Source: Geosiphon pyriformis uo1 (Eukaryota; Fungi; Glomeromycota). Taken from it: 64,000 nt of DNA. Below, one piece after another: positions 1-11,214 of this stretch; positions within the stretch are counted from its first letter, which is position 1, and every line of letters starts with the position of its first letter. Made by a program: the position numbers and the translations under genes. The notes below the pieces were generated by a model. The model saw only the letters and a list, made by a program, of their open reading frames with translations, did not search any database and had not been told where the DNA came from. Where the stretch lies: the NCBI GenBank assembly GCA_016748015.1, contig JAAOMT010000283.1, positions 190,108 to 254,107 of the forward strand, given 5' to 3'.

Positions 1-24
1 TTTAATAATTTTAATTTTTTTAAG

Positions 25-318
25 GACAATCGTAACGCTGATAATTTCTATGATTGCTCCTTTTTGGTTGGTTGCCGCTACCTTCTTTTACACTTCTTTC
101 TCTACTGGGTTTTTTTTGGTAAGATCACTTTACATAATTGCTCTAAAAATTAGCAAATTATTAATACAACACCTATGAAACAGCTTCGATCTTTACGTTA
201 TGTCGTATTCCCCGATTCGACAACCACAGTCAATATCCCACAACGCAAACGAAGAATTAATTTTTTATTTTGCATTGCTGCACTTCAGGTTGTTTTGGTA
301 TACTTTCTTGTAAAATAA
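25..318 (+). CDS. YIF1: Last two exons of a YIF1/HRF1-family ER-Golgi membrane protein (gene starts upstream of the window)
   Basis: Exon 25-118, GT-AG intron 119-183, exon 184-318 splice to TIVTLIISMIAPFWLVAATFFYTSFSTGFFL|LRSLRYVVFPDSTTTVNIPQRKRRINFLFCIAALQVVLVYFLVK*. FFLLRSL.YV..P and QRKRR..FLF match the fungal Yif1 C-terminus as recalled. Confidence 0.8.
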
Positions 319-1581
319 AATTTTTGATCGTGATTTACAATTTAAAGTTGCTAGATGTCTTTGCTATTATGTCTTGTCATGTGACTGCAAGATTATGAAT
401 GAAATTTCAGTTGTAATTTCTTTCTTTTTTTGAAGCAACTGGTAGTATTTTTATTAGTAAAACACTTGCAATTATTGAAATTACTTAACAATACTTTGTA
501 AAAATGCTTATAATAATAGATTAACTTTTTATTAATTTTTTTTAAATTTTTTTTAATAATTTTAATATGTTTTTTGTCTTTTTTAAAAGTTTTAAAGTGG
601 TTAATAAAAAGCCAATAATTAAATTGCTTTTTTTGGGGTTTTTTTACTGTTATTCAGATAATTAAAAAGACTAAAATTATTAAAAAACAATTTTTTTAAC
701 TTTTTATTATATTTAATAATAACTTATTTAAAATATTAGAAGGTTTTTTTTTGGTGTTTTTAGTGTTAGTTTTATTGTTTTAAAGCTGATTTTTTTTGTA
801 AAAATAAAGCTTTGGTTTTTTCTGTTTTTTTTTTTTATTTTTTTATTAGTTTTGTATTATTTTTATTGATTATAATACTTAGTTTAATTATAATTGTAAA
901 TAGTAATTAATTATTTGTTTTAAATAATAATAATAAAGCATATTAATTTATATTAATTTAAATTAATTTTTAATTAAATTGTTTAATATGTTGATTAATT
1001 AATTATTGCTAATTTTAAATACAAAATAAATTATGTTTTTGTATATATTTTTAACTTATTAAGTTATTTGATTTAAAAAATAAAATAAAAATCAAATTTT
1101 CTATTTTTTTTCTATTTTTTATAATATTTAAATAAAAATATGAAAATAACTTTGAATTTTCTTAAAAATAAACTATTTTTAATATTAAATTTTGGTTTAA
1201 AATTTTTTAAAAATNNNNNNNNNNNNNNNNNNNNATTTGTTTTAAATAATAATAATAAAGCATATTAATTTATATTAATTTAAATTAATTTTTAATTAAA
1301 TTGTTTAATATGTTGATTAATTAATTATTGCTAATTTTAAATACAAAATAAATTATGTTTTTGTATATATTTTTAACTTATTAAGTTATTTGATTTAAAA
1401 AATAAAATAAAAATCAAATTTTCTATTTTTTTTCTATTTTTTATAATATTTAAATAAAAATATGAAAATAACTTTGAATTTTCTTAAAAATAAACTATTT
1501 TTAATATTAAATTTTGGTTTAAAATTTTTTAAAAATTTTTTAAAACTTGTTATTAAAATAAAGTTATTATATATTTTTTTA

Positions 1582-1690
1582 ATAAATAGTTTAATTTAAA
1601 AAATTGCAATGTATAATATTTATAGTAATAAATAAAAAAAATATTATTAAATAATATAAAAATATAAATAAATTAAAATTAAAAAAATAT
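1582..1690 (+). pseudogene. Ghost LINE segment 1: eroded ORF2 start (APE N-terminus)
   Basis: Reads ATA-N-S-L-I-*-KIAMYNI...K*KNIIK*YKNIN, the C>T/G>A image of MSSLVWKIATCNV...KQEDIVRWHKDM in the intact LINEs of this window. Confidence 0.6.
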
Positions 1691-1843
1691 TTTTATTTTT
1701 AATTAAAAAACATAAAATATAATAAAAAATTTTTTTTCTCTTACTCCCAAAAACCCCAACGAGTTATTTTTCTGAAGAAGAAGTTTTTGTTTTTCTCTTA
1801 TTAGTATTATATCAATATTTCTTTAACTAATAACCTTTTTGTC

Positions 1844-3733
1844 ATGGATTCAAAGGCTGCTTCTAGTGGCAGCATGTCTAGTAAGAAGGCTTCTAAGGGC
1901 GTGTTTCATAGTTCTGCCGGTGGTTCCTTTTCACAAAAAAAGAAGGCTTCTCTTGATAATGTTAAACACTCTGGTGATGAAAAGAATATTTCTTTGAAGT
2001 CTGGTTCTAGTGCTAGTGTATATTCTAATGTAGAAAGCCTTTCTGGTGATGATGAGAATGTCAGTATGTCTGGTGGTTTTAATGGTTCTCTTTTGGACTC
2101 GGCTGTTAACACTCCCAAGACTAAACATGTGAATACTAGTGCGAATTTTGGTTCTCCTATTGGTTTTCCTGACTTTGAGATAGATGAAGAGGTGAAGCCT
2201 CTTCCGTCTCCTCTTATGAAAAAGGTTTTTTTGGATAAGATCTGGATTGATCCCAAAATCATCAAAACTCCTGTAAAGATGGCAGTTAAGAAATCTTTTG
2301 CCCTGGATATCAATTTTTCAGCTGTTGAAGGCAAATTGGCGACGGCCAAAACTCAAGTTATCAGAAAATTGTTTTCGAAAATCAATGGTTTTGGGGGAGC
2401 CACTACTCCCTCAAAATTTGAAGAGATCATCCGATCGATGTTTACATCTGAGGAGAGCATGAGAAAAGCTGTGTTATTGGCCGAAAAAGAAGGGATCATC
2501 GTAAACAATGATGTGAGGAAACAAGAACTTCATTCAAATTGGGCTGTGATGATCAAAGAAATTTCCATGGATATGCCAAAAGAAATGATCATCACCACAG
2601 TTTCTGAGTTTGGGCAAATTAAGTCAATTAAAATCCAGTTGGTTGGTATGTAGCAGAAAGCTGTGGTGGAATTCACTGAATCAGGACAGGCAGAACAATT
2701 GGCTTCAAAATAGTCCTTCTTAATTGGGAAAAACTTTGTGTGTGTGGCAAAGGCCATGGGAGATCATGATATCTGGGCCTTTAGGGATTGTTTTAGGGCG
2801 CTTTTGTTTATGTTGCCAGTGAGAACAACAGCACATGACCTTAGTAATCTTCTGGATAAAACTAATGGCAGAACTTGCATCATTAATTATTCATTGAACA
2901 CTGGCAATAGGGTTTGCTGTGCTGTAGTTGGCTTCGAATCCGAGAATGATTTGAATTCCACTTTTCTCACTGAGCCTGTTTTTGGTGGTGTTCATCTTTC
3001 TTGGGCTAGGCTGGATTTGGTTTGGTGTGGAAAATGTGGGCGTCTTAGATATTCGGCTTTAGAGTGCAATGTATTAGATATGTCGTCTTCTGATCTCTTG
3101 AATAATTTTAATAAAAAACATGCTCTTAGTGTAGATCATCTCCAGTTGGCCAAGTTATATGCAAAGAAAAATGTTTCTATATCCTGTTCTGCTGTCTTTG
3201 GTGGCAAATTGTGGGCCCAGGTAGTCTCTCTTGCTTCCCTTTCTGGTGGCTCTCCTTCTGGTTTTGGTCTTGGTGCTGGTTCTTCTCACCATATGATCCC
3301 AGATTTGGGTGGTGGTCCTCTTTTTTCTACACTTGCCGACTCTTCTTTGAATGCTTGCTTGGCATCTTTGAAATGCTCTTTCGAGTTGTTGGCTGACCAA
3401 GTGTCTAATATTTTAAGGAAATTGAGTTTTGTTGAATTGGTGCCCATGGTTCTATCTTCTGGTGCCCTTCTTCTGGTTGGATCTGTGCCTTTGGCCCCTG
3501 ATTTGGATTCTGATATGGCTCTGAATGGTGAATTGGCATCGTCCGATCACCATTTTCCAAGTATTGATATGGGTGGTGGCTTCAATTTGAGTAGTTTGAA
3601 GGTTCTAACTACCAAGGTGGATGGTTTAGAATCTAAAATGTCAGCTCTAAAGGCTTCAGTTGGTTTTGTTTTGGCAAGATTGGATCTCTTATGTGCTGGT
3701 TCGAGTTCCTCTTTACTGCTTTCATCCCAATAA
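1844..3733 (+). pseudogene. LINE copy 1 ORF1 (RRM-like domains, CCHC knuckle remnant, coiled-coil-like tail); internal stops
   Basis: ORFs 1844-2653 and 2738-3733 are in the same frame, broken by TGG>TAG stops. CGKCGRLRYSALEC is a decayed CX2CX4HX4C. Confidence 0.85.
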
Positions 3734-6700
3734 GCAGTCTGGTCTGGAAATTTGCTACATGCAATGTTCGGGGCATAAACGTTCCTGCAAAGCAGGACGA
3801 TATAGTTTGTTGGCATGTAAACTTGGGAAACATGGTTTCTTTTATCACTGAGACAAAGTTGAGGTTCTTTTCTGGGCCATGGATAAAGGATAAATTTAAT
3901 GGAGTGCAAATCTTTTCTTCAGGATTGGATAAAGGTTTTATGGGTGCTGGAGTTGCAATTATTATGAACATTTCTTTGGCTCATCATGTATTTAAGGTAA
4001 AGGAGATTCCTGGTCGGGTTGTTTCTGTTTGGCTCTTGTTTAAGGGCAAGCTCTTGGTTACTGTTTTGGGGTTGTATGCTGGTGCCTCTTCTGGGGCTAG
4101 GTTTGGTCAGGCTTCTGAAGTTAACTCTCTCATTACAAAGACTGTCAACTCCAGCAATTTTGTTATCTTGGGCGGGGACTTTAATAAGAGTGGATCTGGT
4201 AAAAGTGCTAGTTTCAAGTTTTGTTTGAGTTTGGGTTTGGTTAATTCATTTGTCAATCATTATTTGGCTGATTCTCATATGTGGAACAATTCGAAAGGGG
4301 TTGGGAAAATGATTGATTACATTTTTGTTGGTGGTAATTTGTCTTCTGCTGTTGCTGGTTATCAAGTTGTCTCTGTTTCAGATTTTTTTGACACTGATCA
4401 CAGGGCAGTTGTGGTTTCAGTTGGTTTGGGTGGGCTTTTGGATGTACAGTTGAATAGTTTGCGCAAGCAGACGAATAAAAATTGTTGGAAGTTTAAAATT
4501 AAGAATGCTGACTGTGCTGAATGGGCTAAGTTTAAGGATCTCTCTTCAGCAAAACTCTTGTCTTTGGGTGAGTTGTTCTCTAGTGCTAAAATGCATGGTG
4601 ATATGGATGCTATGTGGGCAGTTTTGGTGGGAGCTGTGGTAAATTCTGCTAATGTGACATTTTCGAGACATTGGTTTAGTGAATTCAAGTGTTCAACAAA
4701 CAAACATTCTTCTAGGTTTTTTGGTCTGAAATTGTTGGTGGCCAAGATTGTCAAGAAATTTTGCTCAGGTGACTTGCTGGGTACTGATCATCTTATAAAT
4801 AAATAGTCAACTCTGGATGATGCGAAGGCTCGTGCTTTCAAGGACTTGGTTGGCTCGGGTGTTAAATCTGATGTTGTTGTTAGGCATTTGTTATTGGTTT
4901 GCAGAGATTACAGAAGGTCGAAGATGTTTGAGTCAAAATTGGCTGAGGAAGCTTCGGTTAGAAAGGTGATTGAGAAGTGCATGGATAATTTCTGTTCGGA
5001 TAAAGGTAGTATGATCAGGAGTGTGTTGGAAAAGCCTTTTCACAAGGTGGTGTTGGATCACTTGATAGTTGATGATGATCTGGTTTTGTTGCCTGAAGAG
5101 GTGAAGTTGAGTGTGGATAAAATAATAGAGAAGTGGACAAAGAAACACTCTGTGCAATCAGAGCTTTCTGATCTTTAGGCTCGTCAATATGCATCTTTGA
5201 ACCATGTTCAAGATGATGCCTTTTCAGGTATTATGAGTGCAATCAATATGGGTGAGTTACTTTCTGTTGTTAGTGGTCTGCCTGATGACAAGACTGCTGG
5301 TTTGTCTGGTGTTCTTAATGAGTTGTAAAAACATGGTGGTAAGGTGGTTTTGGGGTGCCTGTTGGTGCTGTTTAATAAGTGTTTGTCTGTTGGGGTGGTG
5401 CCTGTTTTGTGAAAGAGGGCTTGGGTGTCAATGATTCCTAAGCCTTATGACTGGGATGGAGTTCTTATAAACACTCGGCCAATTGCTTTAATTGAGACTG
5501 CCAGGAAGATTCTTTCCAAGGTTTTGTCTGATTGTATTTCAATGGCTTGTAGCAAGTTCAACGTTCTTTGAGGTAACAATTTTTCGGTGCTGAAGGGTAC
5601 GTCCACACAATCTCCAGTGTTTGCTGTTGGTTTGGTGATTAAGGATGCCATTGAAAAGGATAGGAAGTTATGGTTGGTCTTGCAAGATATGCGGAAAGCT
5701 TATGATTCAGTTGGGTGGCATCATTTAAGGGCTAGTTTGTGGCGTGTCAAGATGTGTGAGAGGTTTATAAGGTTTTTTGGTGGTATTTATGAAGATAGAG
5801 TTAATAGGGTAATGACTGACTTTGGTTTGTCTGGTGGTTATAAGATGCATGATGGGCTGGATCAGGATGAGGTATTTTTGCCGCTTCTATGGAGAATTTT
5901 TTACAATCCACTTTTGTGTGAGGTTAAGAGGCACGAACAATTGTGTGAGTACTGGATTGATACTAAGTTTGTTGCAAAGTCTGACAGAATTGAGAGCAGT
6001 GGTGGTTTGACATCGTATTTTTCGGCTGGTGCATTTGTTGATGATACAATCTGGGTTGGGAATTGTCAGGCTTCTACTCAATATGCTCTGAACATTGCCA
6101 GTGAATTTTTTGTGATCAATAACATTTCTATCAACAGTAAGAAGATGGTAGCTATTCCCATCAATCAGGGTGTTAAAGTTGCTTTACTGAGCATTTGCAG
6201 TCAGCCAATTTCTATTGCCAAAAAAGGGGAAGCACATTGGTATCTAGGTATTTTTCTGTCAACCAAGGGGCTCTCCAAGCCAAGTGTTGCCAAGGCTTAT
6301 GCGGATGTGCGTTTTTTCGTCAATGTTGTGCTTAGGAAAGCTATTACAGACAAACAGTTCTTCTATCTGGTGTTGGCTGTTTTGCAGCCTATTGTCAACT
6401 ATCATATTCAGTTCAGTTTTGTCTCTTCTAATGTTTGTCACAAATGGAATATCTTGGTTAGAAAGGGTCTTAGGTCTAAGGCTTGTCTCTCCCATGATTT
6501 TCCTGACACTGCTTTGCATCATCCCTCATTATATGACCTGAAGCTTTTTGAGCAAGTGCAGTCAGAGGGGAAGGTTGCTGCTCTGATAATGTTCTCTAAT
6601 GCCTTTGGTATTCTTGGGTATTTGTTTAGACATAGGTTTTTGGATCTGCAGGTTTTTGGTTGGACTCCTTTGGATCTTTTGCAGTTTCCGGTTAGGTTGC

Positions 6701-8415
6701 ATGTTAGTCCAGTGAACAATTTTTTGGCTGGGATGGTGAAGATTTTTTTGGGCAATGAGCTTTCTTTGGTGAACAACCTCCCCACTGCATTTCGTAATCC
6801 TGGTCATTTTCCATTGTCCTCTATTCTTGGGAAGTCTCTATATTTTGACTCAGTCAAATCTCTTAGACGCTTTGGTGTCACTTTTGGTGATTGGCTTTTT
6901 GATAAAAAAGGTGTTTTGTTGGATTAGAAAACTTTTCGTCATTGGAAGAGATTGGATCCGTGTGGCCCTGTGCCTCATTGGTTCTTGGTTTCTTCTGAGT
7001 TTTTGAAAAGTCAGGGTTGTTTGTTTTCTGGTTCTATTGACTCTGTGGAAAAGATTGGTTTGGACATTTTGGAGTCTGGGAAATTTTTTGTGGTAATAGA
7101 TGGATTGCATGACATTTGGTCAGGTTTTTTTGAAGTTTTTACGGATGGGTCTTTAAGGAACACAGGCTCTGCTGAGGTCACCTGTGGTGCTGCTGCATAC
7201 TTTCTGGTCTTGGATAAGAGCATTGGTATCACTGTTAATGGCCTTTTGTCATCTATTATGGCCGAATTGCAGGCTGTCACTTTGGCTTTGGAATGTGTTC
7301 TTTTTTTAAGTACTGTGGTGTTATATCTTGACAGCCAGGCTGCTATTGACGCATGTATGTCTGAGATGTCTTTGGTCGCCCCTGATTTCTGTAATCAATG
7401 CTGGCTGGAGAGGCGTCATATTTTCAATTTGGTCAGAGATAAGGATCTTAGTGTGAGTTGGGTTAAGATGAAAGGCCATTCTGGGATTCCTGGTAATGTG
7501 AAAGCTAACTTGGCTGCTGGGACTGCCTCTGGATCTCCCTTTTCCCTTTGTGCCAATGTGTGTGAACATTTTTTGGTTGCTGAGGGTGTCACTGTTTCTG
7601 GTAATGCCTATCATTTTGTCAGGAATATTTTTCGGTCTGTTTGTTCTGTTCGTTGGGAAGCTGGGCCTGATTGTGATGTGGTTCTGGATGTGATGATTGG
7701 TTGCATAGACTGAGTGGTCATGGCAAAGATATGGCATCTTGATTCTTATATGCTTACTGGGTTCACTAGCTGGGTATTCTCAACACTTCGCATTTATATT
7801 ATGAAGGCTGTGCACAGAAGATTGCTGGTGGCGGTAAAGAAAAGGTTGTATGATAAGTGCTACCCTGGTGTATTATGTTTGTTTTGCAATAAGATGGAGT
7901 TTTCTGACCACGCTTTTACTTGTGTTCATGAGTCTGGCGTTCGTGGCAAGATTTTGGCTGAGGCTTCTGCCCATTGGTTAGCTTTGGCTGGCGGTTCCCC
8001 TGCTTCTGTCATGTTGCAAGTTTTGTCTCAATGTTCCATTGATGTTGGGTTGTACACTCTGGTTTGCAAAGGGTTTGTGCTGGGGGAGTAGTATGAGGAA
8101 GCTTGCAGTATTTTTGAGGATAGAAAGGTGACAGCTACTCAGATTGTTGATTATGTTAAGTTCATGGTTAAGTTACATTGTGCTAAAGTGTGGTTGGCTA
8201 AGGCCAGCCACCGGGTGGTGATGGAAAAGACTGGTCTGGTTTGTGACAGTGGTGTTGTTTCTGGGCTCTTTCGTGGTGTGTCTTTAGTTTTGTCTAATGG
8301 TGTTGTAAGATTGCTTGGTGTGGTCAATTCTTTTGCTGTTAGCTTTGGTTATCGGAAGCCTTATTGTTTCTTTTCTGGTCTGGGTGGCAGTGTGCAGGTT
8401 ATTATTGGTGTGTAG
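3730..8415 (+). pseudogene. LINE copy 1 ORF2: APE endonuclease - reverse transcriptase - RNase H - Cys domain; internal stops
   Basis: WKFATCNVRG, GGDFN, IDYIF, TDH (APE); DMRKAYDSV, AFVDD, YLGI (RT); FTDGS, AELQA, DSQAA, KGHSGIPGN (RNase H); CLFC...H...C. Confidence 0.93.
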
Positions 8416-8559
8416 TGTTGCCTTGTCTGGCCTGAGTGGCTAGCCACATGTAAAAAGTACGTGAGTTGCATTTAGTTTGAACCTCTTAGTTTGATTCTAT
8501 GTACTAGATAGTAATTGGGCTACACTCATTAAATATGTTAAATAAATAAATTAAAAAAC

Positions 8560-9340
8560 AAGTTTTAAAATATTAAAATATTTATTATAAACAAATTTAA
8601 AAAAGTTTTAACTTCTAATATAATTATTATTATTAATAATATTATTATTAAACATATAAACAAAATTATTAAAATAATTAATAAATTAATAATTATTTAA
8701 AGAAAAGTTATTTATTTTTTTATTTGAATTTTATATTAATGTTTTTTTGGTAAGTAAATAATTTATGCTATAATTATTAATAATTTTATAATTAAATCAA
8801 TTAATAAAAGTATTTTTATAAATAAAAATTGTAATAAAAAAAATAAAAAATATAGTATAAATTTTAATAAGTTTAAGATTTTTGATTTTTTATAATATAT
8901 TATAAACAGTTTAAAAGCTAGTTTACTTATCTAAAATGCTTTTAAAATAATTAATTATGTGTTCATTAATAAAAAAAACTTATAAATATTATTTATATAA
9001 TAATATATATAAAATTTTTAAATTTTTAAAAATAAATTATTATGTAATTTTAATAAATATAAATTTAAATATATATTTTTTGCATAAATTTAAATTAGTT
9101 AATAACCAATAATAAAACATATTATATAACAAATTAATATTATTAAAAACTTAAAAATACTATAGTATTCATATTATTAAAAATTATATTTTCTGAATAT
9201 TGGTTTAATTTGGTTTTTATTATCATTTTAAGCCAAATTTTTAACCAAAAAGATTAAAAAAACAATTTATTTTTATTAATTTAATAATTAATTTTTTTTT
9301 GATAGCTTTTTACTATTATTTTAAATAATATTATAAATAA
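8560..9340 (+). pseudogene. Ghost LINE segment 2: eroded APE domain
   Basis: Residual motifs occur in the expected order: ATTTATGCTA (GLYA, ~8761), AATTTTAATAA (DFNE, ~8840), ATTAATTATGTGTTC (IDYVF, ~8950). Confidence 0.5.
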
Positions 9341-9343
9341 TAG

Positions 9344-9851
9344 TATTTATTAAAGATTTAATAAGTATGGTCTAATTACTATCTAATACAATAGAACAAA
9401 TTAAGTGTTTTAAATTAAGTAATATTCATATACTTTCTACATATAACCAACTACTTAAGCCAATTTAGGCTATATTACATTGACAACTTACAAGAAAACT
9501 TGTTTAAAATAGACATCTTTTAAATTACATTAAACAAAATAAGACTATTAAGAACCAATACAACAGGTCATTCAGCTGTTTTTATAGGACTGAACTTAAC
9601 TTTAAAAGATTCAAATTCTCAGAATGCTATTAACTTACCAAACACCTTATCACTTATTTCAACTGGAACACTAAAATCACCAGACAAATCAACATTTTTT
9701 ATGTCACACTCAGTTTTCAATGCCATCATCTTTCTTTTTAATTTACCAATAAATTTGCTAAAAGCATCTAAATACACCATAAGTTTATTAATCTTGTTTT
9801 CAAGCTTGCTGCTAAACACAAGATTATTTTTAATAAATTGTTTAAAAGCAG
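9344..9851 (-). mobile_element. ORF1-only (HAL1-like) element, 3' part: ORF1 C-terminus, stop at 9475-9477, LINE-type 3' UTR
   Basis: The reverse complement of 9344-9480 aligns end to end with the LINE copy 1 3' UTR (8410-8550), and no ORF2 sequence lies between the ORF1 region and the UTR. Confidence 0.85.
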
Positions 9852-10725
9852 TATTACGGGATGGTTTTTTTGTTATATTTAATTGCTAATATCCTGTTTT
9901 AATTGCAATCAGTCTTTCGTGAATTTTTCAATTCTATTTGTATGATAATGTCACTGTTATACTGGAGGCTTTCTTTTTAATGTTGCAATATAAGTTATTC
10001 TTCAATTCCTGATTGTTGTGTGTGTTTATGTACTCCTTCTCAGAGGCTGAACTGAAATCTACCCACTGTTTGGGGTCTTCTCTAAGGCTATTTTTGCAAT
10101 TGCCTGATGTGTTTCTCTAATCTAAAAACACAAAATGCTAATAGTCTTTAGCACTTTTTCTAATTCTTACAATAAAGCTTTTATCAATTAGTAACAACAT
10201 GAATAATCTTGATCAAGGATTATTTTTTCAAGAGATTCAGTTGATGAATGATAGTTTCATTCAATAAACAATACAAGTAAGTTTCTTAATACTTTGGGTT
10301 GTGATAATTCAGTTTTAAATATTCTTTTTCATTTCTTTTTGATTTAAAGGTTTCTTGGGATATTTAATTTGAAAGTATGATTTAAAGTGGAGTTTGTTGG
10401 ATAAAATTGGATTTATTGCTTGATAAGTTATGATTTTTATTACTTGATTTCTTTTCCTAATATTAAAACTACTATATATATACATGTTTGTAGTTCTATG
10501 AGAAAACACATTGTAATACTTTCTTTTTGATATTTCAACCTGGTGTTTGCTGCTATCACCAGTTGGTGTTGGCTGCTATTGTGAACTGGTGCTTGCCACT
10601 ATCACGAGATGGTGTTTGCTACTATGTTAATCATTAACTTTCTAAGATTATTACTGCGCTATATTATGATTGAATAGTTTGTATTATTTTTATGATTCTT
10701 TTTGCTAAATTCTTAAACCATAACA
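9852..10725 (-). repeat. 3' LTR of Gypsy A
   Basis: Direct repeat of 18120-18996; termini TA(from TG)TTAC...TAACA; four 23-bp tandem units at 10541-10626. Confidence 0.95.
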
Positions 10726-10740
10726 TTATTCCCTCCTTTC
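10726..10740 (-). promoter_or_regulatory. Polypurine tract of Gypsy A
   Basis: The minus strand reads GAAAGGAGGGAATAA immediately before the 3' LTR. Confidence 0.85.
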
Positions 10741-11161
10741 AAAATTGAGCTCCATCGAAATCAAAGTTAATTTCTTCATTAAATTCTAAGTTACTATAGT
10801 GGTTCAATACTGTGTTATTGATTTGTTGTTGTAATTCTTGAAATTGCGAATTGGTAAGTTGTCCAATACTGTTAGTTGTTATTATGTTCATGGTTGGGTC
10901 CAACAATAATTTGTGACAGTTTTCAAATGCTTTGAAAATTCTGTAAACTGTTTTTGAATGGAATGTAGTGTTGGTTTTTCCAATAAAAGGTTCTAATAGT
11001 TGGATAGTTGTTTTGTCAAACACTTTAGTTGAGTCTTTTGAGTATAATGTTTGTATGTTCAAGTGTTTTCTTAGTTGATAATAACAGTAATTAATTGGAA
11101 ATTTCGTTTTCAAGTTGCTAAATGTGTCTGGTGTTAATTCACTTATTTCTATTTCTTTCAT
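10739..11161 (-). CDS. Gypsy A 3' ORF of unknown function (about 140 aa; a separate ORF or an integrase tail)
   Basis: Open frame MKEIEISEL...DFDGAQF* after the N gap, with a homologous remnant in Gypsy B (21341-21495). Confidence 0.55.
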   Translation of the reverse strand: MKEIEISELTPDTFSNLKTKFPINYCYYQLRKHLNIQTLYSKDSTKVFDKTTIQLLEPFIGKTNTTFHSKTVYRIFKAFENCHKLLLDPTMNIITTNSIGQLTNSQFQELQQQINNTVLNHYSNLEFNEEINFDFDGAQF

Positions 11162-11214
11162 TNNNNNNNNNNNNNNNNNNNNNNNNNNNNNNNNNNNNNN
11201 NNNNNNNNNNNNNN

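Larger units (their letters stand above)
1726..8550 (+). mobile_element. Full-length degenerate non-LTR retrotransposon, LINE copy 1 (L1/Tx1-like APE, with RNase H)
   Basis: 5' UTR, ORF1, ORF2 (APE, RT, RNase H, C-terminal Cys/His domain), conserved 3' UTR and (TAAA)n/A-rich tail; collinear with the copies at 38180-44953 and 56172-62934. Confidence 0.95.

Noticed and set aside
913-1536. Apparently exact ~300-bp direct duplication (913-1214 and 1235-1536)
   Set aside because: The copies flank a 20-N gap and look identical in a region where real repeats are heavily mutated; most likely an unmerged contig overlap.
1906-7737. Many antisense and alternative-frame ORFs over the LINEs and Gypsy elements
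   Set aside because: They are shadows of compositionally skewed TE coding sequence, with no motifs.
2651-8091. In-frame stops at conserved Trp/Gln/Arg positions, suggesting readthrough or an alternative genetic code
   Set aside because: The positions differ between copies and fit single C>T/G>A changes; host genes use the standard code.
8424-8446. TGGCCTGAGTGG / TGGTCCGAGTGG resembles a tRNA A-box (tRNA gene or SINE)
   Set aside because: No B-box or cloverleaf follows; it is the LINE 3' hairpin.
10541-10626. 23-bp periodic repeats as a CRISPR array
   Set aside because: Head-to-tail units without unique spacers, inside an LTR of a eukaryote, with no cas genes.
10739-11161. 3' ORF as env or a chromodomain
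   Set aside because: No hydrophobic signal or TM segment, and no Y.V..I...YLVKW chromodomain pattern.
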